The notes beneath the pieces were generated by a model that saw nothing but the letters and a program-made list of their open reading frames with translations, ran no database searches and was not told the DNA's origin. The translations under genes and the position numbers were made by a program. From an uncultured Lentimicrobiaceae bacterium (lineage in GTDB: Bacteria; Bacteroidota; Bacteroidia; Bacteroidales; UBA4417), in assembly GCA_964400395.1 (NCBI GenBank), contig CAYNVK010000002.1, positions 1 to 26,191 on the forward strand: a stretch of 26,191 bases of DNA. The letters are read 5' to 3'. This document shows positions 15,502-25,247 of this stretch, piece by piece (within the stretch, counting starts at the first letter, position 1; each line of letters starts with the position of its first letter).

Positions 15502-16484
15502 AAGTTTTTGTTACCGGATCTACTGGTTTTATTGGCAGCCGGCTTGCGCTCAGGCTGGCAGGCGAAGGTATGGAGGTTCACGCGCTTTACCGCGACAAAG
15601 GCAAAACGTCAGTAATAAGCCACCCGAACCTGGTATGGTTTAAAGGCGATATTCTTGATCCTGGCAGTTTAAAGGCTGCTGCCGAAGGCTGTTCCGGAAT
15701 TTATCACACTGCAGCTTTTGCAAAGGTCTGGCATAAGGATCCTTCGGCCATCTACAGGCTGAACATTGAAGGTACAATGAATGTGATACTGGCAGGGATT
15801 CATGCCGGTGCGAAGCGGGTTGTATGCACCTCAACGGCCGGAGTGCTCGGGCCTTCAGGGCCCGGAAGCGTGGTTGATGAAAATTCGCCACAGCCTGAAA
15901 ATTTCTTTACCGATTATGAGGCCTCGAAATCCATCCTTGAAAAAGCACTCAAAACCATTCAAAATTCGGGCATCGAAATTGTCATCGTGAATCCGACGCG
16001 GGTGTATGGCCCGGGTGTGCTTAGCGACAGCAACGGGGTTACGCGTATGATGCAGAAATATGCCGCAGGCAAATGGCATATCATTCCGGGCAACGGGAAA
16101 AGCATCGGCAATTATGTGTATGTTGAGGATGTGGTTCAAGGTCATCTGCTGGCTATGGAAAAAGGCAGGCCCGGCGAACGATATGTGCTGGGTGGCGAAA
16201 ACCTCACCTACGATGAACTGTTCGGGATCATGGGCGGCCTTACGGGTAAAAAGTACCTGATGTTTCATTTGCCTGTACCTGTTATGGAGTTTGCTGCGGG
16301 CGCCATGTTGTTGCTGGCTAAAGTTACAGGCATCCCACCGCTCATCATTCCAGGCCTGGTACGTAAATATTACCACAACTGGCATGTTTCGTGCGCTAAA
16401 GCCATGCGCGAATTAAACTATCAGCCGGTCGGGTTTAAAACCGGTGCAGCCCTGACTCTTGATTGGTTACAAAATATTAAATAG
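15498..16484 (+). CDS. NAD-dependent epimerase/dehydratase family (extended SDR; DFR/HpnA/3-beta-HSD-like)
   Basis: Start is ATG 15498, in an ATGA overlap with the CPBP stop; the ORF track's 75-aa extension is unlikely. Motifs VTGSTGFIG, YHTAA, CTST, YEASK and VNPTRVYGPG. Confidence 0.9.
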   Translation: MKVFVTGSTGFIGSRLALRLAGEGMEVHALYRDKGKTSVISHPNLVWFKGDILDPGSLKAAAEGCSGIYHTAAFAKVWHKDPSAIYRLNIEGTMNVILAGIHAGAKRVVCTSTAGVLGPSGPGSVVDENSPQPENFFTDYEASKSILEKALKTIQNSGIEIVIVNPTRVYGPGVLSDSNGVTRMMQKYAAGKWHIIPGNGKSIGNYVYVEDVVQGHLLAMEKGRPGERYVLGGENLTYDELFGIMGGLTGKKYLMFHLPVPVMEFAAGAMLLLAKVTGIPPLIIPGLVRKYYHNWHVSCAKAMRELNYQPVGFKTGAALTLDWLQNIK

Positions 16485-16485
16485 C

Positions 16486-17298
16486 ATGGAGAAACCGGTA
16501 TATACACTGATCACCGGCGCCAGTTCAGGTATTGGTAAAGCCATAGCCTGGTATTGTGGTAGCCTGGGTATGAACCTGATCCTGGTTTCGTTGCCGGGCG
16601 AAGGATTGAGATTGGTAGCCGAGGCCATTGAAAAGCAATATGGTGTAAAAATATGCTGGTACGAAACCGACCTGTCAACACTCGACGCACCCGCAACACT
16701 TTTCAAATTCACGCAGGCTGAGCATCTGGACGTATCAGTTTTGATCAATAATGCAGGTGTGGCTGGTGCTTCAGTTTTCGGGCAATCCGATTTTAAATAT
16801 ATTGATGATCGTATCCTATTAAATGTAAGGGCCGTTGTAATGCTTTCGCGATTATACCTGCCTGTGTTGAGTGCACATTCAACATCTCACATTCTGAATG
16901 TGGGTAGTATGGCTGGCTTTTTTCAGATTCCTTATAAAAGTCTTTACAGTTCGGGTAAGGCCTTTGTGTACACGTTCAGCCGGTCACTCCGGAGCGAGTT
17001 AAAAGGGTCGGGCGTAAATGTTTCAATTGTTTGCCCGAATGGTGTTCGTACTAATGCTACTACCAACTTACGGATAAATTCGCATGGCAGGGTCGGGCGC
17101 TTAACCGAGCTAAGTGCCGATATGGTTGCAAAAAAAGCTGTTGATGGCATGCTCCGGAAAAAATTCCTGATCGTTCCGGGGAAAATAAACTACCTGTTGC
17201 TGCTGCTGCAAAAACTGATTCCGGGCCCTGTACAGCAAAAAATGCTCATGAAAGAGTTTGGTAAGGAAGTACGTGCAACGTCGAAAGACGTGATTTAG
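16486..17298 (+). CDS. Classical short-chain dehydrogenase/reductase
   Basis: Start ATG 16486, 1 bp after the previous stop. Motifs LITGASSGIG, INNAG, NVGS, YSSGK and VCPNGVRT. Confidence 0.9.
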   Translation: MEKPVYTLITGASSGIGKAIAWYCGSLGMNLILVSLPGEGLRLVAEAIEKQYGVKICWYETDLSTLDAPATLFKFTQAEHLDVSVLINNAGVAGASVFGQSDFKYIDDRILLNVRAVVMLSRLYLPVLSAHSTSHILNVGSMAGFFQIPYKSLYSSGKAFVYTFSRSLRSELKGSGVNVSIVCPNGVRTNATTNLRINSHGRVGRLTELSADMVAKKAVDGMLRKKFLIVPGKINYLLLLLQKLIPGPVQQKMLMKEFGKEVRATSKDVI

Positions 17299-17318
17299 AA
17301 GCGAAACAAACTGCAACT

Positions 17319-20075
17319 TTATTTCAGGTAGTTTTTTCTGAAGAAATTCAGATAGCCGTTGTATTTCTTTTCACGGTAAAAAACCGGGTAGTTCTCAATA
17401 GATATGATCATCTGCTTATAATCGCTTTTTCCCAGCGACGAATTCACATATTCATTTTTACTGATGGTATTATAGAAATCCATGGCCGCCTGGCTGTTTT
17501 TAAAACTGCTGATGGAAATCATCTGCCAACCGGCATCGAGCACAATGGTGTTTACCGAAAGGTTCGAACTCAGGAATTCCTTGCTTACGAAATCCGAAAT
17601 GCGGGTTTTGGCAGCGTTTACATTTACCTTATTCCCATCCACCATCATGATATAGAAATGCGTTGTATTCAGGTTCAATTTATAAATATCGGGAACAATG
17701 GTATCGTTGCTTTGCGAGAAATTACCGGTATTTGTAGCTGCACCTGCATTAGCATTATTTTCGGGATTTGCTGCATTGCCCGAAGGAGCTGCAACGGATA
17801 CCTGGGTTTTATTTTTGTCGTATTTCTGCAGTATTTCCTTTGCCAGTGGGGTAACCGGGTGATTTGGGTTATTGAGAACCAGCTTGTTCAATGCAACCAC
17901 CATGGTGTCGGTACCTGCGGTTTTACCCAGCGAAAGGGCCCGCAGGTATTCGAACCTGGGAATCAAATCTTTGTCGGTATACTCAGCAATGGCCTGGTTG
18001 CTGTAAAGAAGTACCATTCGGTATTGGGCGCGTTTATAAGCCTGGTAAGTTTCCTGGTAAAGCGTCGAAACCCGGTTTTTCTTTGCCAGTAACTCTTTGT
18101 TGTAATCCGGATCTTTTAAAAGCTGGGCATAATCGGTTTCAGGGAATCTGTTCAGGATAATATCCTTGTATTTTGCAGCCATGGCTTCGTCGGGTATCCC
18201 GATAGCGATCAGGTACAGCTGGTAGTAAATGCGGTTAATGTCCTTCATTTCGGGAAACCTGCGTACCAGGTCTTCGAATGACTCAACCGAATGTGGAATA
18301 TCATTGAGTCCGTCTTTATAAATATAGCCGAGGTTCAGCAATGCCGATGCGATTTTCTCGTTGGAGGCATCTATCTGCTCCTTTGTTTTCGGCAGCTGGG
18401 CGATGTAGGTCTGGGGTTTTTTCGGATCGGTCGAAACCGGCTTTGCATTTTCAACTTTAGGCTTATTGATGGTATCGCCTGTTTTTGCCTGCTGTGGAAT
18501 ATTTTCATCGAACTGCGAAACAGCTCTTTTGTTGGTAAGCCTCCAGTTGTCTTCAAGTTTACGCCGTCCCCATTTGCGCATAAACTCCGAAAAGCCGAAG
18601 CTTATAGCCGAGGGGTTATAAAAATACCATCCGCCACCGCCTACCGATCCCATATTTTCGTTGCGCATGTTGGGTATGTTGTTCATCATGCTGGTTTCTG
18701 ACATCTGCTGTTCCATCAGCGCTTTTTGCTGTTCTTCCTCCCTGGTTTTCTGATCGATCATTTTTTGAACAATCGCCAGCAGCTCTGCCTCGGGCATGTT
18801 GGCCAGCCTTTGCAGGCTATCCTCGTATTGCACCACCCGCAGGTTTTTTACCAGTTCAGTGAGGGTAAGCGTTTTGGAACTTATGGCCGCATAATCGGGA
18901 TGCTCGCGCGGCAGGGTTTGAATGGTGGTATCGTAGTACGCGGCAGCCATTTCGTAATTCTGTTTTTTGAAAAACATGTCGGCCAGCTGCAGTGAGGCAG
19001 TCGATTTCTGGTAATTATTTTTTGAGCTGTTGGCAACCGAAAGCTTGAGGTAATGCATCACCAGCGTATCGTTCTGATCGAGGGTGGCAAGTTCTGCCAG
19101 GGCAAAATAAACCTGGTCGTAGTAATCCTTGTTCTTGGAGTCCTTCAGCATCCGCCTGAGTTGTTTTTCAAGATCTGCCTTGTCGCCGGTATTAACATCG
19201 AATGACTTTGCCATGTTGATCCGGGCATTAAAAATCATTTCGAACGAGGCCGGACTTTTTATAACCTGGCTGTAATATTCGGTGGCGTCGGCAAAATTCT
19301 TTTCCTTTTGCGCAATCTGGCCGAGTATAAAATTGATGCGGGCTTTCATTTTGCGGTCCGATGCGAGCGACAGGCCTTGTTTCAGGTTGGTTTTGGCAGC
19401 CGTCAGGTTTCCGGTAAACAGGTAATAGTCGGTATACATCAGCGGGATCTCCCTGCGGATGCGATATGGCGCTTTTACTTTTGCCGCTTTTGTTTCAAAT
19501 TCTTCGAGCTGAGCAACCACATCTTCATACTTTTTCTGTTGCAGCAGGCTGCGGACGTACCAAAGTGAGGCTTCCAGGTCGGTAACAGTTCCAGGGTATT
19601 GCTTCTGCAAAAACTCCATGGTGCGGCGCGAATTGCTATAATCCTGCTTGTAAAACTGTGCTTTACCGATCAGCAGGTAACAATCGTCAATCCATTTGTT
19701 GTGTTCAACATTGCGGATAAAAATGGAATGCCGTGGAATAGCGATGCCCGCTTTTTCGATAGCGCGATCCATATCGGAATTTATCTTGCGTGCTTCCTCA
19801 GCCGTACCGAAATTGTAAACTTTTAAAATGGAATTGTAATTGTCGGCAACACTTTCTTTCAGCGTTGCTTTGCCGTTCTTGAAACTTTCGTTGCCATTCC
19901 AGTACACGTTGTAATGGGTGGTCAGATTATGGTAAGTGCGGCTGGTAAAAGTGTTTTTCTTAGTGGAGCATGAATATAGAACTACCGCACCGGTAATACA
20001 CAACGGTAAAAAAACAAACCTGAAAATAAATTTCAATTTCAAATGAATGGCAGGTGTTGTGTTGACTGCTCGCAA
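17319..20075 (-). CDS. porW: TPR lipoprotein SprE/PorW (type IX secretion)
   Basis: Lipobox LYSC followed by STKKNTFTSRTYHNLTTHYNVYWNG, multiple TPRs and WYFYN...FG..EF..KWG.RKLEDNWR. An alternative TTG start at 20042 gives a normal-length signal peptide II. Confidence 0.85.
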   Translation of the reverse strand: MRAVNTTPAIHLKLKFIFRFVFLPLCITGAVVLYSCSTKKNTFTSRTYHNLTTHYNVYWNGNESFKNGKATLKESVADNYNSILKVYNFGTAEEARKINSDMDRAIEKAGIAIPRHSIFIRNVEHNKWIDDCYLLIGKAQFYKQDYSNSRRTMEFLQKQYPGTVTDLEASLWYVRSLLQQKKYEDVVAQLEEFETKAAKVKAPYRIRREIPLMYTDYYLFTGNLTAAKTNLKQGLSLASDRKMKARINFILGQIAQKEKNFADATEYYSQVIKSPASFEMIFNARINMAKSFDVNTGDKADLEKQLRRMLKDSKNKDYYDQVYFALAELATLDQNDTLVMHYLKLSVANSSKNNYQKSTASLQLADMFFKKQNYEMAAAYYDTTIQTLPREHPDYAAISSKTLTLTELVKNLRVVQYEDSLQRLANMPEAELLAIVQKMIDQKTREEEQQKALMEQQMSETSMMNNIPNMRNENMGSVGGGGWYFYNPSAISFGFSEFMRKWGRRKLEDNWRLTNKRAVSQFDENIPQQAKTGDTINKPKVENAKPVSTDPKKPQTYIAQLPKTKEQIDASNEKIASALLNLGYIYKDGLNDIPHSVESFEDLVRRFPEMKDINRIYYQLYLIAIGIPDEAMAAKYKDIILNRFPETDYAQLLKDPDYNKELLAKKNRVSTLYQETYQAYKRAQYRMVLLYSNQAIAEYTDKDLIPRFEYLRALSLGKTAGTDTMVVALNKLVLNNPNHPVTPLAKEILQKYDKNKTQVSVAAPSGNAANPENNANAGAATNTGNFSQSNDTIVPDIYKLNLNTTHFYIMMVDGNKVNVNAAKTRISDFVSKEFLSSNLSVNTIVLDAGWQMISISSFKNSQAAMDFYNTISKNEYVNSSLGKSDYKQMIISIENYPVFYREKKYNGYLNFFRKNYLK

Positions 20076-20105
20076 CGTTACTATAGAATACTAACTCAAA
20101 GAGTG

Positions 20106-20134
20106 CAAAAATATTTCATTTTTTCTAATTTCAA
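20106..20134 (-). promoter_or_regulatory. Promoter for porW/sprE
   Basis: Minus strand TATTTTTG at 20113-20106 with TTG 18 nt upstream. Confidence 0.5.
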
Positions 20135-20333
20135 TCTAAAAGTGTGGATTGTCAGGATTTTATTCAGCGAATGCGCTATTTACAGGGCCGCAACTGTAAT
20201 GATGAGGGTTGTGAATCACGTGATGTGACTTTCGGCGGGCTTAAAATGCTGAAATACCGGGAATGTTGCCGGTTTTTAAGTACTTTTATGAAATTATATT
20301 CAATCAAGTTGCGCTGAATTTTCTGATTTTAGG

Positions 20334-20341
20334 TAGGTTTG
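20334..20341 (+). promoter_or_regulatory. -7 promoter element for the M23-dxr-rseP operon
   Basis: TAGGTTTG. The ORF-track TTG at 20339 falls inside this element. Confidence 0.55.
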
Positions 20342-20371
20342 CAAAATATTACGCGTGCAGTTGTAAATAAT

Positions 20372-21262
20372 ATGGACTTAAAATCGGAAAGAAAAAAGAT
20401 CTGGAAGCTATTGACGCGGCGAATCCGCGACCAATACAGGCTTGTGGTACTGAACGAAGAAACCCTCGAAGAAAGGATCTCCTTCAAACTATCGCGGCTC
20501 AATGTATTTGTTGCTATCGGTATGCTGTCAATTATCCTGGTTCTGATAACCACGTACATTATTGCATTTACCCCGCTAAAGGAATATATACCAGGATATA
20601 CCGATGTTACGCTGCAACGCCGTATTTACGAATTGCAGCTCAGGTCCGATTCGGTGGCTTTTGCCATGCGTTCGCAGGAAAGCTACCTCGATAACCTGCG
20701 GAAAGTGCTTGGCGGCGACCTCCCCAACGAAAGAACGATGAACCCGGTGGATACCGCTCAAACCCGCAATTACAGGAATATTGCCGATAAGCGTTCGCCT
20801 GAAGACTCCATACTACGCACTGAATACGATAATGCAAATAAATACAACCTTTTTAAGTCGGATAAATCGACTGGTAAAGGTGCAACCATGCGTAACATTA
20901 CCTTCTTTACTCCGGTTAAGGGCATAGTAACCAGCCAGTTCGATCCGCTGCGTAAGCATTTTGGTATCGACATTGTTGCAGCCCGCGACGAAGTGATTAA
21001 ATCGGTACAGGACGGTACGGTTATCTTTTCGGGCTGGACGGTTGAAACGGGTTATGTTATTGCCATACAGCACCCGGGTAATGTTATATCGGTGTACAAA
21101 CACAATTCGGTGTTGCTCAAAAAGGAAGGAAATATTGTTCATGCCGGCGAAACGGTTGCTATCATTGGCCAGTCGGGCGAACTATCCACTGGTCCGCACC
21201 TGCACCTCGAACTGTGGATAAACGGAATACCGGTAAACCCAAAAGATTACATTGTTTTTTAA
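20372..21262 (+). CDS. M23 family metallopeptidase with an N-terminal membrane anchor
   Basis: YRLVVLNEETLEE, a TM helix, YIPGY, a coiled coil, then HFGID (HxxxD), YKHN and TGPHLHLELW (HxH). Likely start ATG 20372. Confidence 0.92.
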   Translation: MDLKSERKKIWKLLTRRIRDQYRLVVLNEETLEERISFKLSRLNVFVAIGMLSIILVLITTYIIAFTPLKEYIPGYTDVTLQRRIYELQLRSDSVAFAMRSQESYLDNLRKVLGGDLPNERTMNPVDTAQTRNYRNIADKRSPEDSILRTEYDNANKYNLFKSDKSTGKGATMRNITFFTPVKGIVTSQFDPLRKHFGIDIVAARDEVIKSVQDGTVIFSGWTVETGYVIAIQHPGNVISVYKHNSVLLKKEGNIVHAGETVAIIGQSGELSTGPHLHLELWINGIPVNPKDYIVF

Positions 21263-21371
21263 GACTTCGTAGTTGTCCTGATAGAATTATTTTCAAGAGA
21301 ATAGAAACCGAAAGGGGAATTAACACCTTGAAATCCGGAAAATTATCATCCATCAAATCACTCTTATCCAT

Positions 21372-22541
21372 TTGAAACGTCGTATAGCCATTCTTGGATC
21401 AACAGGCTCAATAGGCACCCAGGCGCTGGAAGTTATTAAACAGCACCCTGATAAGCTTGAGGTTGAAGTGCTCACCGCTCACTCCAATGCACCCTTGCTT
21501 ATCCGGCAGGCCATCGAATTTATGCCCAATGCCGTTGTGATTTCGAAAGAAAGCATGTACAAGCGGGTGCTGGAAGCCCTTGATCCATACGACATTAAAG
21601 TATATTCGGGCTCGGCTTCCATCGAACAGGTGGTTGAAATGGAAAGTATTGATATGGTGCTGGTGGCCCTGGTTGGCTGGAGCGGACTCAAACCTACGCT
21701 GAGCGCCATAAAGGCCGGCAAACCTGTTGCACTTGCCAATAAAGAGACACTGGTGGTGGCCGGCGAACTGGTTACCAGGCTTGCCCGCGAAAAAGGAGTC
21801 AACATCTACCCGGTCGATTCGGAGCATTCGGCCATTTTTCAATGCCTGGCAGGTGAATTTCATAACCCGGTGGAGAAATTAATTTTAACAGCATCGGGTG
21901 GCCCGTTCAGGGGTTTTGACCACAGTAAGCTGATGCAGGTTACAAAGGACCAGGCCTTGAAACATCCCAACTGGAATATGGGCTGCAAAGTTACTATCGA
22001 TTCGGCAACCCTTATGAATAAAGGCCTCGAGGTTATTGAAGCCAAATGGTTATTCAATTTCGATATCGATCGGATTGAAGTTGTGGTGCACCCGCAAAGT
22101 ATAATCCATTCGCTGGTACAGTTTGCTGATGGCTCCATAAAGGCGCAGCTGGGTTTGCCCGACATGCGCTTGCCTATACAATACGCGCTTACTTATCCTG
22201 ACAGGCTTGCATCGCAGTTCCCCAAATTCAGCTTCGATCAGTGCCTGCAGTTCACCTTCGAAAAACCGGATACCCATAACTTCAACTGCCTGAACCTGGC
22301 CTACGAAGCTATGCGCAGGGGAGGGAATATGCCCTGTGTGATGAATGCTGCCGACGAAGTGGCGGTGCATGCTTTCCTGCGTGAAGAGATCAGCTTTTTG
22401 CAGATCCCTGAACTGATTGAAGAAACCATGTCGAAAATTGCCCACGTTAACAAGCCCTCGCTCAGCGATTACGAGGCGACCGATGCAGAAACACGCATGC
22501 TGGCTACTGAACTCCTGCTGAAGTACAAACAAAAACATTGA
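21372..22541 (+). CDS. dxr: 1-deoxy-D-xylulose-5-phosphate reductoisomerase (MEP pathway)
   Basis: TTG start; ILGSTGSIG, LANKETLV, PVDSEHSA, LTASGGPF, HPNWNMG.KVTIDSAT.MNKGLE and PDMRLPI. Confidence 0.97.
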   Translation: MKRRIAILGSTGSIGTQALEVIKQHPDKLEVEVLTAHSNAPLLIRQAIEFMPNAVVISKESMYKRVLEALDPYDIKVYSGSASIEQVVEMESIDMVLVALVGWSGLKPTLSAIKAGKPVALANKETLVVAGELVTRLAREKGVNIYPVDSEHSAIFQCLAGEFHNPVEKLILTASGGPFRGFDHSKLMQVTKDQALKHPNWNMGCKVTIDSATLMNKGLEVIEAKWLFNFDIDRIEVVVHPQSIIHSLVQFADGSIKAQLGLPDMRLPIQYALTYPDRLASQFPKFSFDQCLQFTFEKPDTHNFNCLNLAYEAMRRGGNMPCVMNAADEVAVHAFLREEISFLQIPELIEETMSKIAHVNKPSLSDYEATDAETRMLATELLLKYKQKH

Positions 22542-22628
22542 TTCTTTATTGTTGTTAAAATTACCGGGCAATAATCCAATGCTGGCTGGGGAAAATGGCA
22601 GCCCTGGTTTTCATGATAAAAAAAGAAG

Positions 22629-22636
22629 TAAATTTG
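22629..22636 (+). promoter_or_regulatory. Internal -7 promoter element for rseP
   Basis: TAAATTTG in the 143-bp dxr-rseP gap. Confidence 0.45.
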
Positions 22637-22684
22637 CCATCTTCAAAAACTGATAAATTTCATAAAACATAGATCACAACTCGT

Positions 22685-24007
22685 ATGGTCATTTTGGTTA
22701 AAGTAGTACAATTGCTTCTCAGTCTTTCGATACTGGTGATATTTCACGAATTCGGGCATTTCCTGGCAGCCCGTATTTTTAAAACCAGGGTTGAGAAGTT
22801 TTATCTTTTTTTCGATCCCTGGTTTTCGTTGTTCAAATTCAAAAAAGGCGAAACTGAATATGGAGTAGGCTGGCTTCCGCTGGGTGGCTATGTTAAAATA
22901 TCGGGTATGATCGACGAGTCCATGGACAAGGAAGCCATGAAACTGCCGCCGCAACCCTACGAGTTCAGGTCGAAGCCATCGTGGCAACGGCTGATCATCA
23001 TGCTGGGCGGAGTAACGGTAAACGTGTTGCTTGCTATCGGTATTTATGTGGTTATGCTGGCAGCCTGGGGCGAACAATACCTCCCGAATGCTGAAGTAAA
23101 ATATGGAATTACCGTTGATACCCTTGGTCAGAAACTGGGCCTCGAAAACGGGGATAAAATTCTGAGCCTCGATAACAAACCTGTTGATGATTTTTTCAGG
23201 ATTCCGGCCACCCTTATTCTCGAAAACGTGCAAACCATACAGGTTCAGCGCGACAGCCAGCAGGTAAATGTTGTAATTCCAAGGGAGCTGATCTCCCAGG
23301 TGGTTAAACATAAATCCCCTGATTTTATCAGCGTGCGGATACCGTTCGAAGCTTCCGATTTTGCACCCGGCTCTGCGGCCAAAAAAGCAGGTATGCAGGT
23401 TGGCGATCGTATTGTGGGGCTCAACGGAGCGCCAACGCTTTACTTTGATGAATTTAAATCAGCGGTTCAGAAACATAAAAGCGAAAAGGTAAATGTAGCC
23501 GTATTACGTGGCAATGATACAGTTACCCTGGCGGTAAATGTCTCCGATCGCGGGCTGATCGGCGTAGCGCCAAAAGCACCGGCTGGTTATTTTACATTTA
23601 AAGAGCATTCATATTCCATTTTCCAGGCAATTCCTGCCGGTACGGTGAAAGCGTACGAAAAAACAGCTGATTATCTCAAGTCGCTCAAGTTACTGTTCAA
23701 TCCCGAAGTAAAGGCCTACGAATCGGTGGGTGGCTTTATTACCATTGGCAGTATTTTCCCATCGGTTTGGGATTGGGAAGCTTTCTGGAGTCTCACTGCT
23801 TTTCTGTCGCTTATGCTTGCCGTACTTAATATTCTGCCAATACCGGCTCTCGACGGCGGGCATGTGATGTTCCTGCTTTACGAAATAATTTCGGGCCGCA
23901 AACCCAGCGACAAGTTTATGGAGTATGCGCAGATAGTTGGAATGGTGTTGCTTTTCGGACTCCTGATCTTCGCCAATGGAAACGATATCATAAAATTGTT
24001 CAGGTAA
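22685..24007 (+). CDS. rseP: RIP metalloprotease RseP (site-2 protease, PDZ)
   Basis: HEFGH (HExxH), LPLGGYVKI.GM, GG..VN, PDZ-like segments and NILPIPALDGGH. Confidence 0.96.
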   Translation: MVILVKVVQLLLSLSILVIFHEFGHFLAARIFKTRVEKFYLFFDPWFSLFKFKKGETEYGVGWLPLGGYVKISGMIDESMDKEAMKLPPQPYEFRSKPSWQRLIIMLGGVTVNVLLAIGIYVVMLAAWGEQYLPNAEVKYGITVDTLGQKLGLENGDKILSLDNKPVDDFFRIPATLILENVQTIQVQRDSQQVNVVIPRELISQVVKHKSPDFISVRIPFEASDFAPGSAAKKAGMQVGDRIVGLNGAPTLYFDEFKSAVQKHKSEKVNVAVLRGNDTVTLAVNVSDRGLIGVAPKAPAGYFTFKEHSYSIFQAIPAGTVKAYEKTADYLKSLKLLFNPEVKAYESVGGFITIGSIFPSVWDWEAFWSLTAFLSLMLAVLNILPIPALDGGHVMFLLYEIISGRKPSDKFMEYAQIVGMVLLFGLLIFANGNDIIKLFR

Positions 24008-24034
24008 ACGTACAGTCGATAAACTGATCAACAT

Positions 24035-24068
24035 AAATCCCGGGAAACATTACATTTTCCGGGATTTT
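24035..24068 (+). terminator. Rho-independent terminator after rseP
   Basis: AAATCCCGGGAAA-CATTACA-TTTTCCGGGATTT followed by TGTATTTTT. Confidence 0.75.
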
Positions 24069-24210
24069 GTATTTTTAGCAACTATCAAAACAGTAGCGAT
24101 AAAAATGTGCTAAAGCGTTCGGCGTTTAAACTCTTTTAGAGCAGTAAACTCAGGTTGATATTCGTACCGAGGTTTAAAAAATGCCTGAAGGGAATGGCGC
24201 CCGGCCGGTT

Positions 24211-25116
24211 TTATTTGGATTCTACTTTCTCAGTCAGCGATTTAAATCCTTTACCCAGTATCTCGTAAGCATCGAGCACCGCGATAAACGCATCGGGGTC
24301 AACCCGGTGAACATATTCTTCGAGCATGTACAGTTCGCGCGGGCTCACCACGGTAAAAATAATCTGCTTGCTGTTATGATGGTACATGCCCTCGCCATGT
24401 AAAAAGGTCCCGCCACGTTTCAAATCATCAATAATGGTGTCGCGGATTTCCTCATGTTTATCCGAAACAATAAACAGGGTTTTGTCGTACGAAAATCCAT
24501 GCATGGCAGTATCAACCACCTTGCCGAGTACAAAGATGGTAATCCAGCTGAACAACGGGATCCTCCAGTCGCCAAAGGCGAAATAACTCAGCAGCACCAC
24601 GGATGAGTCAACCATCATCATCAGCTGGCCCAATGGCAGGTGTGTATATTTCTGAAGAATCATGGCCACCACATCGGTGCCCCCGCTTGTGGCTTTGGCT
24701 TTAAAAGTGAACGCAACACCAATCCCAATCAGCAATCCTCCGAAAATACACGAAACAAGTGTTTCGCCGGGCACCAGCGGTGTTGAACCTTTAAAAAAAT
24801 ACAAGGTGTCAACAAAAACAGAAGTGAGCACAAAGGCCACAACGGTCTTTACTCCAAAACGCGGGCCAAGCAGCTTTATCCCTATTAACGTGAGCGGAAT
24901 ATTAAAACAAAGCGCCGTTAACCCGATTGGGGTTCCAAGTAAATGATGCAGCATAATGGCTACCCCGTAAATTCCGCCCGGAACAATTTTATTCGGACTG
25001 ATAAACAACACGTACCCAACGGCTACCAGAAAGGTTCCGAAAGCAATTAACGCATATGATTTAAACCACCTGAATGAAAATATCTTCTCTTTCTGAAAAA
25101 ATGAAATGTCGGTCAT
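24211..25116 (-). CDS. YitT family membrane protein (paralog 2)
   Basis: IVPGGIYG, NIPL...G...LG..FG, ATSGGTD and a C-terminal RGGT...GEGMY...DP.AF...EILG.GF domain. Confidence 0.92.
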   Translation of the reverse strand: MTDISFFQKEKIFSFRWFKSYALIAFGTFLVAVGYVLFISPNKIVPGGIYGVAIMLHHLLGTPIGLTALCFNIPLTLIGIKLLGPRFGVKTVVAFVLTSVFVDTLYFFKGSTPLVPGETLVSCIFGGLLIGIGVAFTFKAKATSGGTDVVAMILQKYTHLPLGQLMMMVDSSVVLLSYFAFGDWRIPLFSWITIFVLGKVVDTAMHGFSYDKTLFIVSDKHEEIRDTIIDDLKRGGTFLHGEGMYHHNSKQIIFTVVSPRELYMLEEYVHRVDPDAFIAVLDAYEILGKGFKSLTEKVESK

Positions 25117-25247
25117 GCTTTGTTTTTATGTTTAATATTCTGACTGATTTTCATCAAAAGTCAGGTTTATTGTTTCATGCGCACTTTTTCCCGGCGGGAG
25201 CCAGCCAATTTGCATCTGCCTCCAGCTGTTCGGCAACGCTGGTATTT

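Noticed and set aside
20211-20229. Overlapping palindromes GTGAATCAC and ATCACGTGAT in the porW/M23 divergent region
   Set aside because: Short, single occurrence and far from both -7 elements; compatible with chance.
22643-23311. 222-aa minus-strand ORF, and similar long antisense ORFs at 8544-9080, 5638-6399 and 15855-16385
   Set aside because: All lie opposite well-supported genes, and their translations show no family motifs.
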